64,000 nt of DNA from an uncultured virus (IMG/VR IMGVR_UViG_3300007345_000003) (Duplodnaviria; Heunggongvirae; Uroviricota; Caudoviricetes; Crassvirales). Where the stretch lies: the IMG/VR virus record IMGVR_UViG_3300007345_000003. One strand, 5' to 3'. Shown one piece after another: positions 55,865 to 64,000 of the stretch. The notes under the pieces are model-generated. The model was not told the DNA's origin, ran no database searches, and worked only from the letters and a program-made list of their open reading frames with translations. The translations under genes were made by a program, and so were the position numbers. How positions within the stretch are numbered: position 1 is the stretch's first letter; each line of letters begins with the position of its first letter.

Positions 55865-56625
55865 TAGTAACGCTCACGTCGATACCCTCTCGTATGGAGT
55901 ATCTACACGTTGCGTTGCATACTTTGTTGACTCAGACAGTGAAAGCGGATAGGGTGGTTCTATCACTTCCACATGAGTCAATACGTGAGAAGACAGGGTA
56001 TGTACTAAGCGAAGCAGTGCAGAAACTTGTCGACTCCGGATACGTGGAGCTGTTGCGTTGCAAGGACTACGGTCCTGCAACCAAGCTCCTCGGTGTCTTA
56101 GAACAAGAGATGGGGAAGAAGGAAAGCATTGAGCCTTTCATCTTCTTCTTTGATGATGATAGAGCTTACCACAGCAATGCTGTAGAGATCCTGTTACGTA
56201 GTGGATTGCTAGACAGGGGACATGCAGCATGCAGAATGGGGAGTATAGTCTACCAAAACCCTTGGGGTGAGGAGAGAGTATGCTCTGCAAATATTCGTCA
56301 GCCAGAAGAGGTAAATGTTCTTCTTGGTTACAGCGGTGTGGCTGTACGACCATCTTACTTTGATGAACGTGTATTCACCCATGAAGTAAAGGACTCTTTC
56401 TTCGTGGATGATGTGCATCTGAGTGGTAACTTGCGTCGAAATGGGGTGAAGATATTTGTCCCACCAGCACCACCAACACAATGGCAAATCGAAGCAGGGG
56501 AAGCAGGTTTCTTGGAGACTGATCCAGGTCTGAAAAGCACCAACATTAACCCTTTGCATGCGATAAACCACACCAAACTAGATCATACCTTTAATACTTT
56601 GAAACACTTCAAACTGCCTCGGTAG
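55843..56625 (+). CDS. GT-A fold glycosyltransferase-like protein
   Basis: IVTLTSIPSR......L..LL.QT...D, D.GP.TKL, DDD..Y (DxD), G..GV...P and DD..LS motifs. Confidence 0.75.
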   Translation: MYDGRKLIVTLTSIPSRMEYLHVALHTLLTQTVKADRVVLSLPHESIREKTGYVLSEAVQKLVDSGYVELLRCKDYGPATKLLGVLEQEMGKKESIEPFIFFFDDDRAYHSNAVEILLRSGLLDRGHAACRMGSIVYQNPWGEERVCSANIRQPEEVNVLLGYSGVAVRPSYFDERVFTHEVKDSFFVDDVHLSGNLRRNGVKIFVPPAPPTQWQIEAGEAGFLETDPGLKSTNINPLHAINHTKLDHTFNTLKHFKLPR

Positions 56626-56689
56626 CACAACTGGATAGTGCAACAGCCTTCTAAGCTGTAGGTTGTGGGTTCGAGTCCCGCCCGGGGTA
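56616..56689 (+). tRNA. tRNA-Arg (anticodon TCT, reads AGA)
   Basis: Cloverleaf: GCCTCGG/CCGGGGT acceptor, ACAGC-CT-TCT-AA-GCTGT anticodon arm, GTGGG-TTCGAGT-CCCGC T-arm; CCA not encoded. Confidence 0.9.
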
Positions 56690-56737
56690 CGCGTGTGAGG
56701 CGATAACAGCTCAGACGTGTTTCATTCAATTACAGGT

Positions 56738-56767
56738 AGGGCCGGTGAAACGTCACTGGCCCTTTTT
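56738..56767 (+). terminator. Terminator-like hairpin between the two tRNAs
   Basis: AGGGCCGGTGA-AACG-TCACTGGCCCT-TTTT. Confidence 0.6.
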
Positions 56768-56768
56768 C

Positions 56769-56841
56769 GCGCTCTTAGCTCAGTGGTTAGAGCAGATGAC
56801 TCATAATCATCCGGTCGCAGGTTCAAGTCCTGCAGGGCGCA
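56769..56841 (+). tRNA. tRNA with CAT anticodon, most likely tRNA-Ile2 (lysidine-modified, reads ATA); Met not excluded
   Basis: GCGCTCT/AGGGCGC acceptor, GATGA-CT-CAT-AA-TCATC anticodon arm, GCAGG-TTCAAGT-CCTGC T-arm; body resembles bacterial ileX-type tRNAs; no initiator C1:A72 mismatch. Confidence 0.85.
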
Positions 56842-56856
56842 CAAAACGATTCCAAC

Positions 56857-57267
56857 ATGGACCATCACATCTATCCTGGTTTGAGTATATCAGCTCAGAC
56901 CCTAATCAAACATGGAGTAATACTCGGAACTGGTGAACTAGACATCGTAGCGGCAGCATGCTGCGATGAATATGACATCACCATCAAAGAGTTCAAGAGC
57001 AGAACCAGACTACGTACACTGGCTGATGCTCGCAAAGTATTCTACTTAATATGTAGAAGAGATTTACACAAGTTTACGTGCAAAAGACTCGGCATGTATA
57101 CGGGTAGGGATCATTCGACAGTGACTGTTGCAGTGCAGCGTGCAGAAGAACTCACAGAGATTGATCGCTCATTTAGAGTCAAGTACAATCATGCTAAAAT
57201 GATAGCACGACAAAGACTAAAACTAAACGGCTATGAATTTGACGGAATGCCAGAAGCTCCGGTCTGA
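56857..57267 (+). CDS. DnaA C-terminal (domain IV)-like HTH DNA-binding protein
   Basis: S..R.R....AR....Y..R.........G...GRDHSTV signature. Confidence 0.8.
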   Translation: MDHHIYPGLSISAQTLIKHGVILGTGELDIVAAACCDEYDITIKEFKSRTRLRTLADARKVFYLICRRDLHKFTCKRLGMYTGRDHSTVTVAVQRAEELTEIDRSFRVKYNHAKMIARQRLKLNGYEFDGMPEAPV

Positions 57268-57341
57268 GGTGGAGCTAGTAAGAAGAGACCTCAGTGCATT
57301 GAAAAGACAAATTGTTAGACTAAATATAAAAGTAGTAGAAA

Positions 57342-57575
57342 ATGAAAGAGCGTTTTTGGGAGACACAGATAGACTCCGACATCGGACCCTTGGACATCAA
57401 GGTAAAGTATGAGGTTATCCCCGGTCAACATGGGGACTATTACACACCTACCATACATCCTGAAATATCCATACTGGATATTGAAATTAAACCAGAGCAG
57501 ACCTTTGATCCCGACATCATCAGGTTCTTGGAAGAAGAAATAGAAGATGAAATACGTGAGAGTCAGCCCGACTGA
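57342..57575 (+). CDS. Hypothetical acidic protein (77 aa)
   Basis: V.YE...G..GDY.TP...PE..I motif of small phage proteins. Confidence 0.55.
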   Translation: MKERFWETQIDSDIGPLDIKVKYEVIPGQHGDYYTPTIHPEISILDIEIKPEQTFDPDIIRFLEEEIEDEIRESQPD

Positions 57576-58800
57576 GATAAGACGAGCTCGTAGAATGATG
57601 AAAGAGATCAACAAGCAAGTAACCAAAGGCAAGCCAGTATCAAGAGATGGAGCACAAAGAGAAGCACTCAACAGCTGGGCCCGTAAAGGGTTTAAAGGCA
57701 GCATTATTGCTGCTACTGGCTTTGGGAAATCTCGTGTTGCCGTTCTCGCTATTGGTAATAGTCTTGATGAACTGGAAGACACTGAGGCACGGTGCCTAGT
57801 TCTTGTACCCACAACACAGTTGCAGGAACAGTTCCCCAAAGAGTTTATCAAGTGGGGCTTCGAGGACTACCTCGACCGCATTGACTTTATGTGCTATCAG
57901 TCAGCTCACAAGCTGGAGGGTAAACACTATCATGTCGTCGTGTGTGATGAGATACACCTGGGCTTGTCACCTGTGTACAGTGAGTTCTTTGAGAAGAACA
58001 CGTACAATAGGCTGATGTGTCTCACTGCAACTATACCAGAGAACCCTGAGTATCGTACAATGCTGGTCAATCTAGCACCTGTATGCTACAAGATTACTTT
58101 GGATGAGGCAGTAAAGGCTGGCTATGTCGCAGAGTATCAGCTTGTGTGCATTGGACTCGAGCTCGATCCTGATGAAAGGGAAGAGTATAACAAGCATCAG
58201 AAGATGTTCGTCAAGATGAAGATGGCACTGGGTGGTCACGATGCATGGACAAAAGCCAGTGGTATTCTAGCTGGTACAATCAAGGGTAACGTAGGCGCAG
58301 CTGCACAGTACATGAATGCTGTACGTGGTAGGCGTAAGGTTATCCAAGAGGCTAGCAGTAAACTTAACGGTGCACGAGAAGTTGCTGACTTCTACGACAA
58401 GGAGAAGATCCTAACCTTCGGTGGCACAAACAAGTTTGCAGATGCTACAGCTCAGAGATTGGGTGGTGAGAGCTATCACTCTGGTAAGACTAAGAAGCAG
58501 AGGGAGGACATGTTGTCTCGATTTGCTAGTGGAGAGCTAAGAATCCTGTGTTCTACAAAAGCTCTGAACCAAGGCACTGACGTCCCTGATGTTGGTGTTG
58601 GTATCATCGTAGGCTTGGACAGCAAGTCCTTGCCTTTGATACAACGTATGGGACGAATCATTCGTAAGGATGGGGACAAGGTCGGTAAGATCTTCATCTT
58701 CTACATGATCGATTCGCAGGAAGAGAAATGGCTAAAAGAAGCCACTAAGAAAATAACTAATGTTCAAAAGGGTGAAGACCTACAATACTATCTAAAATGA
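57547..58800 (+). CDS. Superfamily 2 (DEAD/H-box) helicase
   Basis: ATGFGKS, VLVPT, DEIH, LTAT, QG.DVP and QRMGRI.R motifs. Confidence 0.9.
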   Translation: MKYVRVSPTEIRRARRMMKEINKQVTKGKPVSRDGAQREALNSWARKGFKGSIIAATGFGKSRVAVLAIGNSLDELEDTEARCLVLVPTTQLQEQFPKEFIKWGFEDYLDRIDFMCYQSAHKLEGKHYHVVVCDEIHLGLSPVYSEFFEKNTYNRLMCLTATIPENPEYRTMLVNLAPVCYKITLDEAVKAGYVAEYQLVCIGLELDPDEREEYNKHQKMFVKMKMALGGHDAWTKASGILAGTIKGNVGAAAQYMNAVRGRRKVIQEASSKLNGAREVADFYDKEKILTFGGTNKFADATAQRLGGESYHSGKTKKQREDMLSRFASGELRILCSTKALNQGTDVPDVGVGIIVGLDSKSLPLIQRMGRIIRKDGDKVGKIFIFYMIDSQEEKWLKEATKKITNVQKGEDLQYYLK

Positions 58801-59135
58801 AAGCAAAAACCATTGCACCTTATGACGATCATATGGACTATATGATCATGAGCACTCTTGTCAACAGAGGCAAGACAACTCAACACGAAGCAACTCTGCA
58901 GGTCCAAAGGCGGATCAAGCAAGAGTACAGGATTCTGCTCACCCCTCATCAAATCAAGGGCAGATACTACACGTTGTTGAGCCGTGGGTACCAGACACCC
59001 ACACCACCCAAGTCTGTCAAGCCTAAGACTTCTAAAGCTGAGGTAATCAGTTACCAAAAGAAGGAGGCTACGACGGTATCTGATGTCATTACCATGAACG
59101 TCAGAGGGGTGGAGATAACTATGGTGTTTAAATAA
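58797..59135 (+). CDS. Hypothetical protein (112 aa)
   Basis: Coupled ORF. Confidence 0.55.
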   Translation: MKAKTIAPYDDHMDYMIMSTLVNRGKTTQHEATLQVQRRIKQEYRILLTPHQIKGRYYTLLSRGYQTPTPPKSVKPKTSKAEVISYQKKEATTVSDVITMNVRGVEITMVFK

Positions 59136-59140
59136 TTGGT

Positions 59141-59689
59141 ATGATTGTAGAGATCAACACAGAAACTCTCAAGGAATTTGGGATAACAGCTGATGATTTC
59201 TTATATTTGTACCTCTTGCATGCCACAAGTTATGATTGTCTAGAAGAGTTATCTCTAAATCCAGACACCGAATCCCTGCAAACCAAGGGCCTACTTAAGT
59301 TGGGGGAGGAGCTGCGAGACCACACAGTACGACAAGGATTTCTGGATATATTCCAGACTTCGTTTGATCAGATGTGGTCCGAGCTTCTCTCCCACTTTCC
59401 TCTCAAGGTCTACAATCAAGGGCATATGCGGGTGTTGAGGGCTAAAGATGCCAACGCTAGAGCAAACGCCAAGCCTAAGCTGAAGTATGAGAAGATTGTG
59501 GGGTCGGATACGCAGAAGCACAAGTTTATAATCAAATGTTTGATAAATGAGCTTGAGCTGCGTAAGTCGACCAACACTCTCGGCTACATGCAGCAGCTAC
59601 AGACTTGGGTGAATAACTACACATGGGAGAAGTATGAAGATGTAGAAGATGAGCAATCCTCCCAAGGGCGCAACACGCGCCAACTATGA
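59141..59689 (+). CDS. Putative replication initiator/helicase-loader-like protein (182 aa)
   Basis: F...W..FP.K and YM....TW.N...WE motifs; directly upstream of DnaB. Confidence 0.5.
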   Translation: MIVEINTETLKEFGITADDFLYLYLLHATSYDCLEELSLNPDTESLQTKGLLKLGEELRDHTVRQGFLDIFQTSFDQMWSELLSHFPLKVYNQGHMRVLRAKDANARANAKPKLKYEKIVGSDTQKHKFIIKCLINELELRKSTNTLGYMQQLQTWVNNYTWEKYEDVEDEQSSQGRNTRQL

Positions 59690-60620
59690 GATAACGGACA
59701 TACCCCAACTCCGTCACATTTCTAAGTCAGTCGAGCGATCTATCATGGATGTCCAGAAAGGCATACGTGGTAACAGGTTGGTGTATCCCACTAACTGGGC
59801 AAGACTGAACAAGAACTTGATGGGTGGGCTACAACCCGGCAAGATGTACGTCATTGCTGGGCGTCCTGGTGTAGGTAAATCTGCGTTCTCAAACCAGTTG
59901 ATCTTTGATCTCCTGGACAAGAACACAGACAAGAACATAGTTGTACTCTACTGGAGCTTTGAGATGCCGGGTGAGCAGCAGATACTGCGTGCTGGCTCGA
60001 AAGACACAAAGCTACAGACGTTCGAATTGTTGTCAGTTGAAGCTAAGCTGACACAGGATAAGTACAACTTGTATGTGCAAGCAGTACAGAAGTACAAGGA
60101 TTACCCTATTTACTTCTGTTCTATCCCGCAGGATATGGAGAAGGTGAAGAACATCAACGAACAGGTGTTCCATCGTTACCCATCTGCAACAATCGTCAAT
60201 CTAATTGACCACTCTCGTTTGGTACTCGGTAGTGCTGAGACAGAACTACAACGACTCAATGTTTTGTCGAAGGCATGCATGTGGATGCAGGCTCGTATGA
60301 CCTGTATCAATATACTGCTGTCTCAGCTGAACCGTAACATCGAGCAAGAATATCGTGCTAAGCAACAGTACCAGCCAATGCTCACAGATTTATTTGGGGG
60401 TGATTCCATAGGTCAGGACGCACATGTCGTGATGATGCTGCAAAGACCTTACGATCTATATGGGATTACTGACAAATACTGTGGTGAGGACCCTGTGGGT
60501 CTCATGGCTGTGCACATCGAGAAGAACCGTGATGGTTTGCTCGGTATGATACCATTCGAAACAGATCTATCAACATTCACAATCAATGAGCGAACTAGTA
60601 CTTCCAAAACAGGTGGTTAA
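59649..60620 (+). CDS. dnaB: DnaB-like replicative helicase (RecA-like motor domain only)
   Basis: AGRPGVGKS, SFEM, IDH, LSQLNR, DL...D.I.QDA and KNRDG motifs. Confidence 0.9.
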   Translation: MSNPPKGATRANYEITDIPQLRHISKSVERSIMDVQKGIRGNRLVYPTNWARLNKNLMGGLQPGKMYVIAGRPGVGKSAFSNQLIFDLLDKNTDKNIVVLYWSFEMPGEQQILRAGSKDTKLQTFELLSVEAKLTQDKYNLYVQAVQKYKDYPIYFCSIPQDMEKVKNINEQVFHRYPSATIVNLIDHSRLVLGSAETELQRLNVLSKACMWMQARMTCINILLSQLNRNIEQEYRAKQQYQPMLTDLFGGDSIGQDAHVVMMLQRPYDLYGITDKYCGEDPVGLMAVHIEKNRDGLLGMIPFETDLSTFTINERTSTSKTGG

Positions 60621-61293
60621 AGCTGCCCGCAAATCACCTAAGAACATGATTATCTATGGTCCACCGAAGATCGGTAAGACCACAGCTTTGTCCCAGCTTG
60701 AGAACTGTCTCATCATTGACCTGGAGGACGGGTCAGATATGGTGGACGCACTCAAGATCAAAGTCAACTCCCTCGCTGAGTTGGCTCAGGTCGGGAAAGC
60801 TATTATTAGCGAGGGAAAGCCGTACAAGTATATTGCCATCGACACTATTACCCAACTGGAAGTGTGGTGTGAGCAGGATGCAAAGCAAATGTATCAAGCC
60901 ACACCCATGGGTAAGAACTTCGACAAGGACAATAAAGGTTTGTCTGTACTCACACTGCCCAATGGTGCAGGCTACAACTACTTGCGACAGTCTTTCCAAA
61001 AATGGTTCCGTAACCTCAACAAGCTGGCTGATCACGTCATCTTCGTTGGTCACTTGAAAGACAAGTACCTCACGAAGAACGGGAAAGAAGTCAAGGCTAA
61101 TGACCTGTCCTTGACTGGTAAGCTCCGTGAGATTGCATGTGCAAACTCTGACGCTATCGGCTATGTGTACAGGGGTGAGGGAGCCACAAAGATATCGTTC
61201 GATTCTACGAACGACGACACGGCAGGTTCACGCTGTGAGCATCTACGAGGACTTGATGCTGAGCTGGACTGGACGAAAATTTTCATCGATTAA
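60586..61293 (+). CDS. AAA family ATPase (Sak4-like)
   Basis: YGPPKIGKTT, IDLE.G, IAIDT, G.GY and D.IGY motifs. Confidence 0.8.
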   Translation: MSELVLPKQVVKAARKSPKNMIIYGPPKIGKTTALSQLENCLIIDLEDGSDMVDALKIKVNSLAELAQVGKAIISEGKPYKYIAIDTITQLEVWCEQDAKQMYQATPMGKNFDKDNKGLSVLTLPNGAGYNYLRQSFQKWFRNLNKLADHVIFVGHLKDKYLTKNGKEVKANDLSLTGKLREIACANSDAIGYVYRGEGATKISFDSTNDDTAGSRCEHLRGLDAELDWTKIFID

Positions 61294-61303
61294 ACACAAC
61301 AAC

Positions 61304-61624
61304 ATGTCTTTTGACGCAAGAGTAGAAGCTACCCCAGAAGTAGTGCAAGAAGAAACACCACAGGTGTTGACTATCTCTCAGCTCATCAGCCACATCAAGG
61401 ATGATGGCATGAGCCGTGATGATATTCGTAAGAAGTACGGTATGACTATCGCTGAGGCGAAGGAGATTTTCTCTCACCCAAAGCTGAAGGGTATCCGTAT
61501 CAAGAGACAACGAGTGATGCGCATTCAACTCGTTGATGACACCGCCTCACAGCAAATGACATTGCAGCAAGGCATTGCGCAAGCAGATCCACACGAAGAC
61601 AACCAAGACGAAATCAAAGACTAA
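61304..61624 (+). CDS. Hypothetical protein (106 aa, probable start MSFDAR)
   Basis: ATG after an A/C-rich leader; HTH-like GMSR..I..KYG....F.HP.LKG. Confidence 0.6.
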   Translation: MSFDARVEATPEVVQEETPQVLTISQLISHIKDDGMSRDDIRKKYGMTIAEAKEIFSHPKLKGIRIKRQRVMRIQLVDDTASQQMTLQQGIAQADPHEDNQDEIKD

Positions 61625-62403
61625 TGGCTATTGCATCTAATGATTCCAGCGTAGAAGTTGGAGGTGGGGGTATACCCCTGTACTGTGGCGTTGCTACAGT
61701 AAACGTTATCGCTGTAAACCCCACACTCGGTGAGCTGCACTCACTTGGCATCAATGTCAAGAGCGAGCAGAACTACACTGGTATTCTGATGGGGGAACGA
61801 GTACTCAACAAGCTGACCTTCTGGGTTCGCAACGCTGAGCATGAGTTCACTACACGCTTTGACATACTTGTTCAACCTGAAGAACGTCCTGAGTCTCGCA
61901 CTGGTAAGTACCAGTGGATCAACAAGTTTGGTCAGACAGCATGGGGCACAGAGAACCCATCTACTCAGTATGAGTGGTTCAAGAACGAGGGTGTCCGTCG
62001 CTCCTATGTGGGTGAGGAGATGCTCATAGATTTCATGCGTGCATGGGCTAACGTCGGTCGTGATGGTGAGTGTGCCATCGATGACATCGCAGCTGTGACT
62101 AGCGGTGATGTGACTGAGCTCAAGCAGTATGTAAGCTCTCTCAAGGAGAACCGCTTGCGTCTCTTGATGGGTGTCAAGGATGACAAGTATCAGACTGTAT
62201 ACACCAAGCACTTTGGTCGTGAGAAGCCACGTCGTGATGACTTGTTTATCAAGGCACTCAACGAGGACTATGGTGACTTCCGTGCAGAGTATGATCCTAA
62301 CGATCTGACTCTCAAGAAGTGGGAACCTGGTGTTGTTCAGCCTAACGATACTGCAGCATCGACTGAGTCTGCTGAAGCTGATGTAGCTGCTGACTGGATA
62401 TAA
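61624..62403 (+). CDS. Conserved crAss-like replication protein, putative SSB (259 aa)
   Basis: Y.G.....V.AVNPT..EL, GK.QWIN..G...W and R..Y.GEE.L..F..W motifs; acidic C-terminal tail; lies between the AAA ATPase and primase. Confidence 0.6.
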   Translation: MAIASNDSSVEVGGGGIPLYCGVATVNVIAVNPTLGELHSLGINVKSEQNYTGILMGERVLNKLTFWVRNAEHEFTTRFDILVQPEERPESRTGKYQWINKFGQTAWGTENPSTQYEWFKNEGVRRSYVGEEMLIDFMRAWANVGRDGECAIDDIAAVTSGDVTELKQYVSSLKENRLRLLMGVKDDKYQTVYTKHFGREKPRRDDLFIKALNEDYGDFRAEYDPNDLTLKKWEPGVVQPNDTAASTESAEADVAADWI

Positions 62404-62408
62404 GATAA

Positions 62409-62440
62409 GGGGCCAGGCTGTATCTTTATAGTCTGGCCCT
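62409..62440 (+). promoter_or_regulatory. Intergenic 14-bp hairpin upstream of primase
   Basis: GGGGCCAGGCTGTA / TATAGTCTGGCCCT with G-U pairs; no U-tract. Confidence 0.45.
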
Positions 62441-62448
62441 AACTTATC

Positions 62449-63471
62449 ATGATCGAAGCACGCAAGAGTGACGTATACCTAAGTAGAGATAACGTACTTG
62501 AAAAAGTCTCTGAGTATCAGATATTTAAGTACTTTTGTAGAAACTTCAAAGAGATAGGTGTAAAGTTTCGTAGTGATCTTCGAGACGACAAGTCCCCCAC
62601 AGTTGACATCTCCCTTATTGGGCAGAGGTTATTGTACAAGGACTTCGGTCACCCAGATCATACGTTCGATTGCTTTGCATATGTCGGTTACAAATACAAT
62701 TTAGATTTCTATGGAACACTTATACACATTGATGGCTGTTTTGGGTTGGGTCTCTATACTGGTGTACGTGTTGGGCGGCCTGTACGAAAGGTGGAGCCAC
62801 AAGTACGAGCAAAAACAAAAGCAGAAATCCGAGTCAGAGTAAGGGACTGGGACAGCAGAGATGCGGCCTACTGGAAACAGTTTGGTATCAGTAAAAAATT
62901 ATTACGTATCTTTGATGTTCAACCCATTACACATGTCTGGATTAATGAACAACGTTTTTCGTGCAATAGTATCAGCTATCGTTACCGCTTTGACTGCGGT
63001 TATAAGATTTACCGTCCGCTTGAAGGAGATTTTAAATGGTTTTCTAACGTGGGGATGGAATGTCTTCAAGGCTATCGGCAGCTACCTGAACGTGGTGAGA
63101 CTTTGGTTCTCACAAGTTCCCTCAAGGATGTCATGTGTCTGGCGGTGCTTGACTACCCATCCATTGCTTTACAATCAGAGATGCTTGTGCCAAGTGAAGG
63201 CACCATCGAAGAAGCGCAAGCGCGTTTCAAAAAAGTAATCGTCCTCTACGACAACGACTTTGACAATCCTCGTAACCCTGGCCAGACAATGGCCGTTAAG
63301 ATCTGCGAGAAGTACGGACTTGACAATCTTGTCATACCTTCGTATTATAGGTCCAAGGATATCTCGGATCTAATAAAGGATCACGGGTTACAAGAAGCAA
63401 AAAATGTCATCGAGAGGAAAGAGAACAGGCGCACGTACATCAAGAAAGAAAGTACGGAACGCCAAGAGTAA
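62449..63471 (+). CDS. dnaG: DNA primase (DnaG/TOPRIM type)
   Basis: S.LR.D..P, YKDFG, YW..FGI, KIYRP, TSS.KDVM, YDND and KDISD motifs. Confidence 0.88.
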   Translation: MIEARKSDVYLSRDNVLEKVSEYQIFKYFCRNFKEIGVKFRSDLRDDKSPTVDISLIGQRLLYKDFGHPDHTFDCFAYVGYKYNLDFYGTLIHIDGCFGLGLYTGVRVGRPVRKVEPQVRAKTKAEIRVRVRDWDSRDAAYWKQFGISKKLLRIFDVQPITHVWINEQRFSCNSISYRYRFDCGYKIYRPLEGDFKWFSNVGMECLQGYRQLPERGETLVLTSSLKDVMCLAVLDYPSIALQSEMLVPSEGTIEEAQARFKKVIVLYDNDFDNPRNPGQTMAVKICEKYGLDNLVIPSYYRSKDISDLIKDHGLQEAKNVIERKENRRTYIKKESTERQE

Positions 63472-63877
63472 AGAAGTAGACGGTATCAAGTTTAGGTCTC
63501 AGCTAGAGGCCCACTGCTACAGGCAACTTAGAGATGCTGGTATCAAGTCAGACTATGAGAAGAAGAAGTATGTTCTCATGGAAGGCTTTCACTACAGCAA
63601 CGAGTCCTATGAGGACAATGGTAAGACAGGATTCCAGGACAAACAGAAATACAAAGTCCGGGATATTACTTACACTCCTGACTTCGTCGACCCACAAGGT
63701 CGATGGGTGATAGAGTGTAAAGGCTATGCGAATGAACGCTTCCCACTCAAGTGGAAAATGTTCAAGAAACTGCTGATGGAACAGGATGATCCTCCTGTAC
63801 TCTTCGTTCCGAGGAACCAGAAGCAGAACATCGAAACAGTAAACAAAATTCTAGAACTGATAGCCCCTACTAAATAG
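63404..63877 (+). CDS. PD-(D/E)xK endonuclease
   Basis: DGI.F.S.LE..Y, YTPDF......IECKG motifs. Confidence 0.85.
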   Translation: MSSRGKRTGARTSRKKVRNAKSKEVDGIKFRSQLEAHCYRQLRDAGIKSDYEKKKYVLMEGFHYSNESYEDNGKTGFQDKQKYKVRDITYTPDFVDPQGRWVIECKGYANERFPLKWKMFKKLLMEQDDPPVLFVPRNQKQNIETVNKILELIAPTK

Positions 63878-63890
63878 GGGCTATTTTATT
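63860..63890 (+). terminator. Rho-independent terminator-like hairpin overlapping the nuclease stop
   Basis: ATAGCCCCTA-CTAAA-TAGGGGCTAT-TTTATT. Confidence 0.55.
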
Positions 63891-64000
63891 ATGAGCATCA
63901 AGACAATTGGTAAGGCAGTGCAGAGTAGCTCGGCTGGCTTACAGAAGCGGATCAACAAGTCCGCTGAGAAACTTGTCTTTGACGTTCTTCAATCCTCACA
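63891..64000 (+). CDS. Partial ORF, possibly an rIIA-like/GHKL protein N-terminus
   Basis: MSIKTIGKAVQSSSAGLQKRINKSAEKLVFDVLQSS...; truncated by the window end, so the product call is weak. Confidence 0.4.
   Translation, partial: MSIKTIGKAVQSSSAGLQKRINKSAEKLVFDVLQSS

Noticed and set aside
57233..57412. Possible 59-aa plus-strand coiled-coil ORF (MNLTECQKLRSEVELV...)
   Set aside because: It is plausible but overlaps both neighbours and has no supporting motif
1..64000. Alternative genetic code (TAG or TGA recoding, known in some Crassvirales)
   Set aside because: Hallmark genes are full length in code 11, TAG and TGA both serve as stops at gene junctions, and no suppressor tRNA was seen
1..64000. 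CRISPR array, integrase, transposase, or reverse transcriptase (DGR/retron)
   Set aside because: No regularly spaced direct repeats or corresponding catalytic motifs were seen

Overview
This 64-kb window is part of a lytic Crassvirales (crAss-like) phage genome, read in the standard genetic code. It is probably an aquatic Bacteroidota (Flavobacteriia-type) phage, given TAnnTTTG promoters and A-rich leaders with no Shine-Dalgarno sites. Bases 1-50.4 kb (minus strand) are the late/structural arm: terminase, portal, acidic scaffold-like protein, major capsid protein, ring/tubular and muzzle proteins, tail fibre/LamG proteins, a 2289-aa repeat protein, large cargo proteins (the last runs off the window), a block of very basic proteins, GroES, a 2OG-Fe(II) oxygenase, holin candidates and an amidase. 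Bases 50.5-64 kb (plus strand) are the early/replication arm: small membrane proteins, PolA, a glycosyltransferase, two tRNAs, a DnaA-C-like protein, SF2 and DnaB helicases, an AAA ATPase, primase and a PD-(D/E)xK nuclease. The least explained signals are: (i) three structured non-coding elements (a ~240-nt element with its own promoter in front of the endolysin, a perfect four-way junction with two potential pseudoknots, and a 95-nt tRNA-like element with tmRNA-like topology); (ii) a recurrent x-x-x-G-G motif that splits predicted cargo and basic proteins into modules; and (iii) late promoters placed 4 nt before ATG, implying leaderless mRNAs. Products were assigned by motif recognition and synteny only, and RNA pairings were found by eye. 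No database search or folding program was run.
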